Positions 9,753 through 18,589 of a DNA stretch of 50,180 bases are shown in pieces (the first letter of the stretch is position 1; each line of letters starts with the position of its first letter). The DNA lies in NCBI GenBank assembly GCA_044224875.1, contig JBGAJQ010000039.1, positions 1 to 50,180 on the forward strand. The letters are read 5' to 3'. The position numbers and the translations under genes are program-made. The notes under the pieces are model-generated. The model was not told where the DNA came from and searched no databases. It saw only the letters and a list, made by a program, of their open reading frames with translations. This stretch comes from Gemmatimonadaceae bacterium (lineage in GTDB: Bacteria; Gemmatimonadota; Gemmatimonadetes; Gemmatimonadales; Gemmatimonadaceae).

Positions 9753-10547
9753 TTATGGGCCCTTCTTCTTCGGCTTCCCGCGAGGCGCGGGCGGCCGGGA
9801 TGCCTCGCCCGGAGCGGCCCCAGCTGCTGTCGCGCTGCCATTCACCGACCCGGCAACGCCACCGTTCGCCGGAAGTCCGCTTGGCGCGATGGATCCGCGT
9901 CCCGAAGGTAATGCCGCGCCCGGAGCCCCGCCATCCGCTCGCGCGGCCAAGACGGCGCGCTCCACGCCAACACCGCGTGACGTCGCCGCCAGGCTCGCCG
10001 GCACACCGCCAGCAATGTCGCGATCGACATCCACACGGAACCCAACCAGCTGATCGTCGGTCGCTGACGCCAGCACCAACCCGATGATCACGTTGGATGC
10101 CGTATCCGCTTGCACACCGCGGTTGATCACGTACGTCATGACGTCCAAGGCCAGCGCATACCGCTGCCCCGCGCGCACCTGACGCAGTCGCTCCAGCTCC
10201 TGCAGCTTCACGCCGCTGCGCAAAGCGTGAGCGCCAGCCACAACCTCCGCCTCGCTCGAGGCGGGACCCAGCGCGATACGAGCCCGGCGCAGGTCGCGCG
10301 CCAGCAGGCGGACCGCGTTCACGATCAGCGAACCCTCGGCACGCTTGCTCGCCCCTTCCAATGCGCGATCGATCAGCGGCTCTGTCGGTACGCCGTCGCG
10401 AGTGGCCGAATCCACGATGGCCGAAACGATGTCACGGGTGCGTGCATCCAGGCGGGTGGCGAGTCGCGGGTCGGACGGTTGCCCCCACGCCACCGACGTG
10501 GTCAGCAGCCCTACCACAAGCAAGGACCGTTCGAGGACGCGCATCAT
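9753..10547 (-). CDS. Exported hypothetical protein (helical domain plus Gly/Ala/Pro-rich tail)
   Basis: Signal peptide MMRVLERSLLVVGLLTTSVAWG-Q. Starts 1 nt after the upstream stop. Confidence 0.75.
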   Translation of the reverse strand: MMRVLERSLLVVGLLTTSVAWGQPSDPRLATRLDARTRDIVSAIVDSATRDGVPTEPLIDRALEGASKRAEGSLIVNAVRLLARDLRRARIALGPASSEAEVVAGAHALRSGVKLQELERLRQVRAGQRYALALDVMTYVINRGVQADTASNVIIGLVLASATDDQLVGFRVDVDRDIAGGVPASLAATSRGVGVERAVLAARADGGAPGAALPSGRGSIAPSGLPANGGVAGSVNGSATAAGAAPGEASRPPAPRGKPKKKGP

Positions 10548-10548
10548 G

Positions 10549-11160
10549 TTACGGTACCCGAGGCCCAACGGTGATCACCGAGTTCGCCGTCCCAAAGTCG
10601 CTCTTGGCCTGCGGCGAGGCGGGATCCGAAATGCGAACCGAATCGTCCAGCACAAACTGATACTCGTGTCGGCCGACCTTCAGTGGAAGCGTGACGCTCC
10701 ACAATCCATCGTTCGTGAGGCGCTGCATCGTTCCCTTCGCAGCGTCCCAATCATTGAAATCGCCGATGACAGAAACCTTGGTCGCATTCGGCGCGAGAAT
10801 GGTCAGCTGTCGTTGCACGATCATGTGGTCAACATCCACCGGCACATTCGCGACCGGCACCAAAGGCATGTCGGAAGCAACCTCGGCAACCATCGGCGAC
10901 GCCGTGGTGGTCGCAACACGCACGCCCCACACAGCAACTGCACCGATCGCCGCGGCAGCGGCAATTCCCGTGAGCGGCGAGATCGAAATCGTCCAACGTC
11001 GATCCATCCACCGATGACGCTCGGAGCGACGAAGCGGCAGGACGGTCGGTTCGTCCAGGGCAGCCATCACGCGCTCGTCGAACCGTGCATCCAGACGCAC
11101 GGGTCTGCGCAGTTCGCTCGCGACGCTCTCGATTAGCGGATCGTTGTCCCAGTCAGTCAC
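10549..11160 (-). CDS. Putative membrane anti-sigma factor with a C-terminal CBM48/AMPK-beta-like (isoamylase early-set) domain
   Basis: Short N-terminal helical domain, TM helix (IAAAAAIGAVAVWGV), then APNATKVSVIGDFNDW...GLWSVTLPL..GRHEYQFVLD...DP. GTGA overlap with the sigma gene. Confidence 0.82.
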   Translation of the reverse strand: MTDWDNDPLIESVASELRRPVRLDARFDERVMAALDEPTVLPLRRSERHRWMDRRWTISISPLTGIAAAAAIGAVAVWGVRVATTTASPMVAEVASDMPLVPVANVPVDVDHMIVQRQLTILAPNATKVSVIGDFNDWDAAKGTMQRLTNDGLWSVTLPLKVGRHEYQFVLDDSVRISDPASPQAKSDFGTANSVITVGPRVP

Positions 11161-11723
11161 CGTTGCACCTCTTTGAGCAGCAGTCGCAGCCGCTCACATG
11201 CTCGCTTGACCCGCATCTTGAGCGCGGAGACTCCAACGCCGGTAAGTGCGGCCATGTCTTCGTACCCCAGCTCTTCCACATGCTTCAGGAGAAAGGCCTC
11301 GCGCTGATCATCGTCCAGCATGAGCAGTGCTCGATCAATCTCCTCCCGCCATGCATCCCGTTCCGCGGGATGCTCTTCTGACGCGCCGAGGAGCGCGACC
11401 TCGTCGCGCACAAACGTCTTCTCGCGACGCCCCCGACGCGTACCTGTGGTCCGACAGCGATTGGCGAGAATGCGAAAGAGCCATGAGCCGAACCGCTCCG
11501 GATCGTCGCACTTCGCCAGCGATCGGTAGGCCCGGACGAAGGCATCTTGCAGCGCCTCCTCGGCATCCTCCCGGCTCCCGAGCATTCGTACGGCGTAACG
11601 CGCGAACTGTGCCCGGTACCTCGCCACGAGAATGCCGTACGCGGCGGTGTCTCCACCAACCACGCGGGCCACGATCGCGGCATCGCCATCTTGCTGAATT
11701 GGTAGACCCCGGTTCGCAGTCAT
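11157..11723 (-). CDS. ECF RNA polymerase sigma-70 factor
   Basis: DAEEALQDAFVRAYRSL...FGSWLFRILANRC and LGYEDMAALTGVGVSALKMRVKRA. Confidence 0.92.
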   Translation of the reverse strand: MTANRGLPIQQDGDAAIVARVVGGDTAAYGILVARYRAQFARYAVRMLGSREDAEEALQDAFVRAYRSLAKCDDPERFGSWLFRILANRCRTTGTRRGRREKTFVRDEVALLGASEEHPAERDAWREEIDRALLMLDDDQREAFLLKHVEELGYEDMAALTGVGVSALKMRVKRACERLRLLLKEVQR

Positions 11724-11826
11724 CCGTCAACGGCTCGAAAAACCAGCTGCCTGCGCGGGCTGGGCGTCAGGCACGTAATGCGTTACACAATATGCGGTTA
11801 CAGCTTCAGCTGTCGCCCAGAAAGTT

Positions 11827-13974
11827 TCAGACGGGGCGACCCATAGAAGGGTAGAACCGCTCACCCTTGGACGCCATTCGCAACAGAAGATCACAAGGAG
11901 TGAAACGTGGGGAGTGTCGGAAATTCAACTCCTCGAGCTGTTCCACAGCTTTTGACGCGCCCAAGGCGTCGAGGAAGCGGAAGGGCCCGCCTCGGAACGG
12001 CGGGTAGCCGATGCCAAAGACGGCCCCAACATCGCCGTCTCGCGGTGATCGGATGATGCCCTCCTCCAGGCAGCGGACCGCTTCGTTGGCCATGGCCAGC
12101 GTGCAGCGACGCTGGATCTCGTCAGCCGCAACATCGGCGCGTTGCGCGCCGGTCGGGAGGAGCTCGTACACCGATGGATCCACGCCTCCCTTCTTGCCCG
12201 CCTCGTCGTACAGGTAAAAACCTTTCTTGCCCTTGCGACCCAGACGGCCAGACTCCACCACGCGCCGCAACGACTGCGACGGGGACAGGCGTTCCCCGAA
12301 CGCATCAACGAAGATGCCGCCCGACTTGCCAGCGATATCTAGACCGACCTCATCCAGCAGCGTGATGGGTCCCACAGGAAACCCGAAGTCGACCAGCGCT
12401 CGGTCAACCGCATCAACGGACGCCCCGGTATCCAGCAGCCGCCCCGCTTCATTCAAGTACGGCGCCAAAATGCGGTTCACGTAAAAACCGGGTGCATCGT
12501 TCACGACGATCACCGTCTTTCCCAGGGTGCGTCCGTACGCGACCGCAGTCACGATCGCTTCGGCCGATGTCAACGGCGTGACGATCACCTCCAGCAGGGG
12601 CATCTTGTGCACCGGCGAGAAGAAGTGCATGCCGAGGACGCGCGATGGGCGCTGCGCTGCCTCGGCGATTCGCGTGATCGGGATGGTGCTGGTGTTGGAC
12701 GCGAAGATGGCGTGCGTCGGAAGCAATGGTTCAAGCTCGCGGAGCACCTTGTGCTTGACCGCGAGGTCCTCGAACACGGCCTCAATGACCAGGTCGCAAG
12801 CGGCGAAGCCGGAATAGTCGATCGTCCCGCCCGTCTGCAACAGCATGTCATCGAACTGCTGGCGCGTGATCTGTCGCTTGGTGAGGCGATCCTTCAGGAC
12901 TTCGCGCACAGCCGCCAATCCAGCTCCAACACGCTCCGGCGAGGCGTCCTTGAGCCGAACGACCGTCCCTTGCTGGACGGCCACGGAGGCGATGCCCGCT
13001 CCCATGAAGCCGGCGCCGAGGATCGCCAGCTTGGCCACCGAATGCGGTGGCGGCACCGGTTCGGGCGTGCCAGGGTCCTTCTTGAGCGCTGTGGTTGCGA
13101 AGAAGAGGAAGATGAGTTCACGACACTCGGGCGTCATGGCGAGTTCGCCAAACAGCCGGGCCTCTTCGCGATAGCCGCGCTCCTCCCCTTGGTAACCGGC
13201 AGCGATGGCGTCGAGCGCCAGCAGCGGTGCCGGATACTTGCCCTTGGTGCGGGAGAGCGTCTGTTCCCTTGCCTGCCGGAAGACGACGGCGCGCCCGACG
13301 GGATTGTCGTCGAGGAGGATGTTCCTTGCGGAGTGGTGACGAGCCGGGGGGTTTCGCGGAATGCGCCCGTCCGCCAGTTGCAACGCACGTTCGATGGCGA
13401 TCGACCGTAGGCTAGCCGGATGAACGAGTTCGTGGACCAAGCCGATCTGTGCGGCCTTGCGCGCCTTGATGCTCTTGCCCGTAAGAATCATGTCCAGCGC
13501 CGCCTGCAACCCGACGGTGCGTGGCAATCGCTGGGTGCCGCCGGCGCCAGGGAGAAGTCCGATCTGAACTTCGGGGAGTGCGATGACGGTCTTCGGATGA
13601 TCGGTGGCAATCCGATAGGCGCAGGCGAGAATCGCTTCCGTGCCACCTCCCATACAGGCGCCGTGGACAGCTGCAACCACGGGGGTCCTGAGGTGCTCCA
13701 GCCGGTCCAGCAGCCCATGCCCCTCACGACTCGCCGCCTCGGCGTCGGCGGCCGTCTTCCACTGCAGGAATTCTTCGATATCCGCGCCGGCGATGAACGA
13801 GTCCTTGCCGGAGAGGAGCACGGCGGCACGAACATCCGTTCGCCGATCGAGGTCGTCAAACGCCTTCCGCAGTTCGTCCTTTACGGTCCGTGAGATGATG
13901 TTCACGCTCTCGCCGGGCACGTCCAAGGTCAGGATCGCGACGCCTTGCTCGATGGTCAGGTCCAGGGCTGGCAT
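11827..13974 (-). CDS. fadJ: Fatty acid oxidation complex alpha subunit (enoyl-CoA hydratase / 3-hydroxyacyl-CoA dehydrogenase)
   Basis: FIAGADI, GGGTE, LPEVQIGLLPGAGGTQRLPR, GAGFMGAGIA, ASNTSTIPI, GMHFFSPVHKMPLLE, GYPPFRGGPF. Confidence 0.92.
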   Translation of the reverse strand: MPALDLTIEQGVAILTLDVPGESVNIISRTVKDELRKAFDDLDRRTDVRAAVLLSGKDSFIAGADIEEFLQWKTAADAEAASREGHGLLDRLEHLRTPVVAAVHGACMGGGTEAILACAYRIATDHPKTVIALPEVQIGLLPGAGGTQRLPRTVGLQAALDMILTGKSIKARKAAQIGLVHELVHPASLRSIAIERALQLADGRIPRNPPARHHSARNILLDDNPVGRAVVFRQAREQTLSRTKGKYPAPLLALDAIAAGYQGEERGYREEARLFGELAMTPECRELIFLFFATTALKKDPGTPEPVPPPHSVAKLAILGAGFMGAGIASVAVQQGTVVRLKDASPERVGAGLAAVREVLKDRLTKRQITRQQFDDMLLQTGGTIDYSGFAACDLVIEAVFEDLAVKHKVLRELEPLLPTHAIFASNTSTIPITRIAEAAQRPSRVLGMHFFSPVHKMPLLEVIVTPLTSAEAIVTAVAYGRTLGKTVIVVNDAPGFYVNRILAPYLNEAGRLLDTGASVDAVDRALVDFGFPVGPITLLDEVGLDIAGKSGGIFVDAFGERLSPSQSLRRVVESGRLGRKGKKGFYLYDEAGKKGGVDPSVYELLPTGAQRADVAADEIQRRCTLAMANEAVRCLEEGIIRSPRDGDVGAVFGIGYPPFRGGPFRFLDALGASKAVEQLEELNFRHSPRFTPCDLLLRMASKGERFYPSMGRPV

Positions 13975-14040
13975 GTCTACTCGTGCTCCGCGCGCTGCGG
14001 CCAGCGTCGTTGACGGTTCGTTCCCTCAGCCCCAGTTCGC

Positions 14041-15336
14041 CTATTCACGTTCCAATACCATGGCGCATCCCATGCCTCCCGCGGCGCACACCGTGAGGAG
14101 TCCAAAATTCCCGCCGCGCCGCGCCAGCTCGTTCAGCAAGGTGGTAACGATTCGCGCCCCCGTGGCGCCAAAGGGATGACCGATCGCGATCGAACCACCC
14201 ATGACATTCAGCTTGGCACGGTCCACCTCGCCGATAGGCGCAGAGAAGCCCGCGCGCGCTGCCCACTCGTACGACGTAAGCCCCTTCAGGTTCGACAACA
14301 CCTGCGCCGCAAATGCCTCGTGCATCTCGATGAGGTCGATCTGATCGAGAGAGAGGCCGGCACGCGCCAGCGCCACCGGAGCCGCCAAGACGGGCGCCTG
14401 CAACAACTGTTCGCCGGGATCCAGCGCCGCATAGGCATACGAACGAATAAAGCCGAGCGGGACGTAGCCCAGAGTGCGCGCGTGCTCTTCGCTCATGAGC
14501 AACACCGCCGCGGCGCCGTCCGTGAGTGGCGATGCGTTGCCCGCCGTCACGGAACCATATCGCTTGTCAAATACGGGGCGCAGCGCCCGCAGTTGTTCGA
14601 TGTCCGTGTCGGCGCGGATTCCGTTGTCGGTAGTAACGCACGTGTCGAAGCGTGGCGGCACCCAAAGTGGTTGTACCTCGGAGGTCAGTCGGCCGTCGTT
14701 GGTGCCGGCGGCGGCTAGTCGATGGGAGCGTAGGGCAAACTGGTCCTGTTCCTCGCGGGAGATCCCATTGATCTTCGCCATCTTCTCGGCGGACTGCCCC
14801 ATGGTCTCGCCGGTTGTCGGCTCGGCGATTGCCGGCGTCACGGGGACGAGATCCTTCGGGCGAATCTTCGAAAGGGCCTGCACGCGGCCGCCTAACGTCT
14901 TGGCCTTGGATGCGGCAACCAAGGCGTCCGAGAACCCGCGCGAGTGGAGGATCGGAACGTTCGACAGGCATTCGGCGCCGCCGGCGATCGCCACATCCGC
15001 GTGCCCCAGCACGATCTGGTCCGCAGCGTCAGTAATCGCCTGGTTCGCGGAGGCACATGCGCGTCCCACCGTATGCGCTTGCACGCCCTTCGGCAGGTGC
15101 GGGATGAGGGAGACCTCGCGAGCGATATTCGGCGCCTGAACGGCAGGAACAACGGTGCCGAAGACCAGAAGATCCACGGCATCGCCCGAGAGGTTGGAGC
15201 GCTGCATCAACTCAGCGACACACGCGCGTCCCAAATCAATTGCCGTGAGCGACCGAAAGACGGTTCCCGCCTTGGCAAATGGCGTTCGCACGCCGGCCAC
15301 GATGGCCGCGCGTCGGCCGTTTCCGTAACTGGGCAT
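14041..15336 (-). CDS. fadI: Acetyl-CoA C-acyltransferase (3-ketoacyl-CoA thiolase)
   Basis: GVRTPF, RACASAN, HEAFAAQ, GHPFGATG, CAAGGMG. Adjacent to fadJ. Confidence 0.92.
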   Translation of the reverse strand: MPSYGNGRRAAIVAGVRTPFAKAGTVFRSLTAIDLGRACVAELMQRSNLSGDAVDLLVFGTVVPAVQAPNIAREVSLIPHLPKGVQAHTVGRACASANQAITDAADQIVLGHADVAIAGGAECLSNVPILHSRGFSDALVAASKAKTLGGRVQALSKIRPKDLVPVTPAIAEPTTGETMGQSAEKMAKINGISREEQDQFALRSHRLAAAGTNDGRLTSEVQPLWVPPRFDTCVTTDNGIRADTDIEQLRALRPVFDKRYGSVTAGNASPLTDGAAAVLLMSEEHARTLGYVPLGFIRSYAYAALDPGEQLLQAPVLAAPVALARAGLSLDQIDLIEMHEAFAAQVLSNLKGLTSYEWAARAGFSAPIGEVDRAKLNVMGGSIAIGHPFGATGARIVTTLLNELARRGGNFGLLTVCAAGGMGCAMVLERE

Positions 15337-15383
15337 GGGCGAAAGCTACGCGTCTATCGGACGGCGTGCATCCGCCAACACCG

Positions 15384-15851
15384 TCAGCCCTGATGGATCG
15401 TCACGAGTTCGACGATTTTCAGCCGACGGGTCCGGGCCGGAAGTTTCAGGAACGCCACTTCGCCGACCGTCTTGTTGACCAGCGCGCGGCCGATGGGCGA
15501 GGACATGGTGACGTGGCCTTCGTCGAAGTTCTCACTGTCTCCAAAAACCAACGTGTAGGTTTCGACGGCACTCGTGTCCTGGCATTCCACCACCACGCGA
15601 GAGCCAAGTCCCACCCGGTCCAGCGGGATTTGCGCCATGTCGATCGACGACAACTTGGAAAGGCGCTGTCGGAGCTGCCCCAGACGGGCCTGCACGAATT
15701 GCTGCCGCTCCAGGGCGGCCTTGTACTCCGAATTTTCGCGAAGATCGCCGAGCTCGACGGCCTTTCGGATCTCGTTGGGGAGCACGACGTTGAGTTCGTG
15801 CTGGAGCTTCTCGACTTCTTCGCCGAGTTTTTGCTTGAGGGCTTCGAGCAT
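15384..15851 (-). CDS. greA: Transcription elongation factor, GreA/GreB family
   Basis: MLEALKQKL...AVELGDLRENSEYKAA, C-terminal SSPIGRALV. Confidence 0.88.
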   Translation of the reverse strand: MLEALKQKLGEEVEKLQHELNVVLPNEIRKAVELGDLRENSEYKAALERQQFVQARLGQLRQRLSKLSSIDMAQIPLDRVGLGSRVVVECQDTSAVETYTLVFGDSENFDEGHVTMSSPIGRALVNKTVGEVAFLKLPARTRRLKIVELVTIHQG

Positions 15852-15865
15852 GGACGGACCTGCAC

Positions 15866-15901
15866 AAAAGGGGAGCGCCCGGCCGAGTGTGGCCGGGCGC
15901 T
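15866..15901 (-). terminator. Intrinsic terminator-like hairpin in the greA 5' leader
   Basis: 11-bp stem AGCGCCCGGCC/GGCCGGGCGCT with a 6-nt loop, followed on the minus strand by CCCCUUUUG. Confidence 0.55.
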
Positions 15902-15912
15902 TTCGCTCCTTC

Positions 15913-15941
15913 AAGATAGTGGTCCGCGGTGGCGAATTCAA
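15913..15941 (-). promoter_or_regulatory. Sigma70-type promoter of greA
   Basis: Minus strand TTGAAT-17 nt-TATCTT. Confidence 0.6.
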
Positions 15942-15977
15942 TTCTCGGCGGGCGGCCTTTCCGCTAGGATTCGACGG

Positions 15978-16769
15978 GTGATTCGCGAGGAACGCCACGG
16001 GGACGTCACCCGCTATGAACTTGCCGGCTGGCGCAATCGCGTGGTGAAGCTGTCGGTCAGCATCTTCGAGGTTCGCGGGGTGTGGATCGACACGGGCTTC
16101 CCGCGTGCAGCGGAGGCGATTGATCAGCTGCTGGCCACCCGGCGGCCGCGCGGCGTGCTCATCACTCATCGTCACGAGGATCATGCCGGGAACGCCGAGC
16201 TCCTGGCGTCGCGTGGTGTTCCTCTGGGGATGCCCGCGCTTACGGCACAGGCGCTGCGTGCGCCGCTTCCCGTGGGGAGTTATCGGCGAGAAACGTGGGG
16301 AGCTCCCCTGCCGCTACGATCCCCCGTCACACCGTTCGCGCCTAACGACCTCGAGTTGCGAGCGAGCCCGGGGCACTCGGAGGACCACCACGTCATATGG
16401 GATGCGTCCACCGGTACGCTCTTTTCAGCTGACTTGTTCATTGGCGTGAGAGTCAGCGTCGCTCACTCGTATGAGGATCCACGTCGCACGATCGAGAGTT
16501 TGCGCACTGCCGCCTCGTGGGGTCCGGCGCGGATGTTTGACGCGCATCGCGGGCTGGTGAAGGACCCGGCAGGCGCCTTGAATGCAAAGGCCGACTGGCT
16601 CGAACAGGTGTGTCGCCGCATCGAAGATGCGGTCGATGCCGGCGTATCGGACAAGGAGATCGCGCGACGCGAGTTTGGACGCTTTGACGTGTGGGGGGCG
16701 ATGTCCTTTGGAGACTACTCGCAACGGAACTTCGTCGCGGCTGTACGTCGCGGGCGCCAGGAACAGTAG
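15978..16769 (+). CDS. MBL-fold metallo-hydrolase
   Basis: IDTG, THRHEDHAG, SPGHS, SADL, DAHRG. GTG start inferred. Confidence 0.88.
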   Translation: MIREERHGDVTRYELAGWRNRVVKLSVSIFEVRGVWIDTGFPRAAEAIDQLLATRRPRGVLITHRHEDHAGNAELLASRGVPLGMPALTAQALRAPLPVGSYRRETWGAPLPLRSPVTPFAPNDLELRASPGHSEDHHVIWDASTGTLFSADLFIGVRVSVAHSYEDPRRTIESLRTAASWGPARMFDAHRGLVKDPAGALNAKADWLEQVCRRIEDAVDAGVSDKEIARREFGRFDVWGAMSFGDYSQRNFVAAVRRGRQEQ

Positions 16770-16846
16770 GTGGTCGAGTGGCCGTCATGCCGAACTTCGT
16801 CCCCAACTCCTTGCCTTCGCGGCAGGTTCGTTCCACGATAGTCGTC

Positions 16847-17560
16847 ATGCGTGGACTCTTCGTGATGGGCCTCATGCTGTGCGCCGTGCCGCTGGGCGCG
16901 CAGACCTTCACCGGCATCTTGTTGACGACGGACCGCAATCCGGTCGTCGACGCACGCCTGTTTCTTGTCACGCCGCGCGGGTATGCGGCGGACACGGCAC
17001 GGACAAATGAACACGGCGAGTTCGTGTTGCACGCGGGCGACCCCGGACGCTACGCACTGAGCATCCGAAGGTTGGGGTACGCCCCCGAACGCACGCCGTA
17101 TTTCACGCTCATCGCAGGACAGGACAAGCGGGACACCATCATCGTCGCGTTCACCCGCCTGCTGCGGCCCGTGGAGATCGTCGTGCGTGACGAGGTGAAG
17201 CGATCCACCGGGCTCGACGTGCGGTCACTTGGGAAGCGCTATCTCACGCCGGAATTCATCGACTCCACGCGGGTATCGGCCCAGAAGATCGGCGACTTCA
17301 TTCGTCGTGCGGCGGTGCCCGGGGTATGGATCCTCGACGACGGCAACAACCCGGTGTGCTACAAGGTGCAAGTCCAGAGTGGTTGCGCGCAGATCTTCAT
17401 CGATGGCGTATCGATCGCCGGAACGGACATCGACATCTCGCCACTGGATATCGAGAGCATTGTGCTCCTGCGACCGAACGAGGGGTTCACCATCACTGGG
17501 TCGCCATCGGGCTCGGTGAACATCTACACTCGCAAGACGATCTCTCGCGCGAATCGTTAG
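16847..17560 (+). CDS. Exported carboxypeptidase-regulatory-like domain plus TonB plug-like domain protein (no barrel)
   Basis: Signal peptide, TNEHGEFVL...GRYALSIRRLGY, IFIDGV...DIESIVLLR...GSVNIYTR. Confidence 0.75.
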   Translation: MRGLFVMGLMLCAVPLGAQTFTGILLTTDRNPVVDARLFLVTPRGYAADTARTNEHGEFVLHAGDPGRYALSIRRLGYAPERTPYFTLIAGQDKRDTIIVAFTRLLRPVEIVVRDEVKRSTGLDVRSLGKRYLTPEFIDSTRVSAQKIGDFIRRAAVPGVWILDDGNNPVCYKVQVQSGCAQIFIDGVSIAGTDIDISPLDIESIVLLRPNEGFTITGSPSGSVNIYTRKTISRANR

Positions 17561-17581
17561 GTTCGTCGCTGGTGTCGAGCG

Positions 17582-18589
17582 CTACAGCCCTTTCATCGGG
17601 TTGGGGAGGAGCGCCTCGCGCTCCCGCTTCTTCGCCAGTTCATCGACCTCGCCTTGCAGCTTCAACGCCTGCGCGGCAAAATCGTCCACGCTCACCCGAT
17701 TGAGGAGTGCCGTTGGGATCGGCACGACCTCCGTTGGGTATTCCGGCGTCGCCGAGAAGCGATCGCGCGACGTATAGGTCAGGAGGGCCATCACGGCCGC
17801 AGCGGCCCCGAACCCGATCGCCAACCGCCGAATGGCCTGGGCGGGCGCAAGGGCCGAAGCGAGTGTTACATGCCCGGCAATGAACACGGTGAAGCTGGCG
17901 GCGAGAACGATAGCCAGCAAGACACCGAGTGCGTCGCCGGACGGAAACATGAATTCCAGCCATCCAGTGACGGTCGTGGCCAACGTGAGTCCGACGGCGC
18001 CAATGCATGCCCATCCGAAATGGGAGGCGAAACGCTGCCCAGCGTGGGTGCGCCCGATGAGGGACCAGCCACCCGCCCAGACCGCACACACCAGTAGGAC
18101 GCCGATCGCGGTGGGCAACACATCCTCGATGGGATCCCGGGACGTGTTGCCGAGGTAGCTGCGCGCACAGTAGAACGCAGCGCAGGCGGCGGCCGCCCAG
18201 GACACGGCGCGGCGATCGGTGAACAGCTGCACCACGGGCAGTCCCGTGCGCTGATCGGTCAGCGCCTCCGGCACGACGTGGTCGGCATCGAAGATCCGGA
18301 CCGTGGTATGTCCGATCACAATCGATGCACCGGAGCGCAGCAGGATGCGTGCTTCGCGCGACGCGTGCGTCGTGCGCCGCAGCCCGTTCACGCTTCCCAC
18401 ATCTTCTGCCCACAGCTGGCCGATCTCGTCTTGAACCAAGCGGGCATGATGCGGCGAGACGTAGGCATCCTCGATGATCACGTCATTGTCAAAGGCACGG
18501 CCGATCGTAGCGGGTAGCGCGTCGAGCCGCGTCCTCGCCAGCAGGTGCCCACGCGCATCGCGCGTCTCGATGACCCTTACTGTCGCCAT
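17582..18589 (-). CDS. FHA-domain integral membrane protein
   Basis: IGRAFDNDVII.D.YVSPHHA...DVGSVNG (FHA), followed by about 5 hydrophobic helices. Confidence 0.85.
   Translation of the reverse strand: MATVRVIETRDARGHLLARTRLDALPATIGRAFDNDVIIEDAYVSPHHARLVQDEIGQLWAEDVGSVNGLRRTTHASREARILLRSGASIVIGHTTVRIFDADHVVPEALTDQRTGLPVVQLFTDRRAVSWAAAACAAFYCARSYLGNTSRDPIEDVLPTAIGVLLVCAVWAGGWSLIGRTHAGQRFASHFGWACIGAVGLTLATTVTGWLEFMFPSGDALGVLLAIVLAASFTVFIAGHVTLASALAPAQAIRRLAIGFGAAAAVMALLTYTSRDRFSATPEYPTEVVPIPTALLNRVSVDDFAAQALKLQGEVDELAKKREREALLPNPMKGL

Noticed and set aside
9753..9755. Selenocysteine or pyrrolysine readthrough joining the two ORFs
   Set aside because: The stop is TAA, which neither system recodes.
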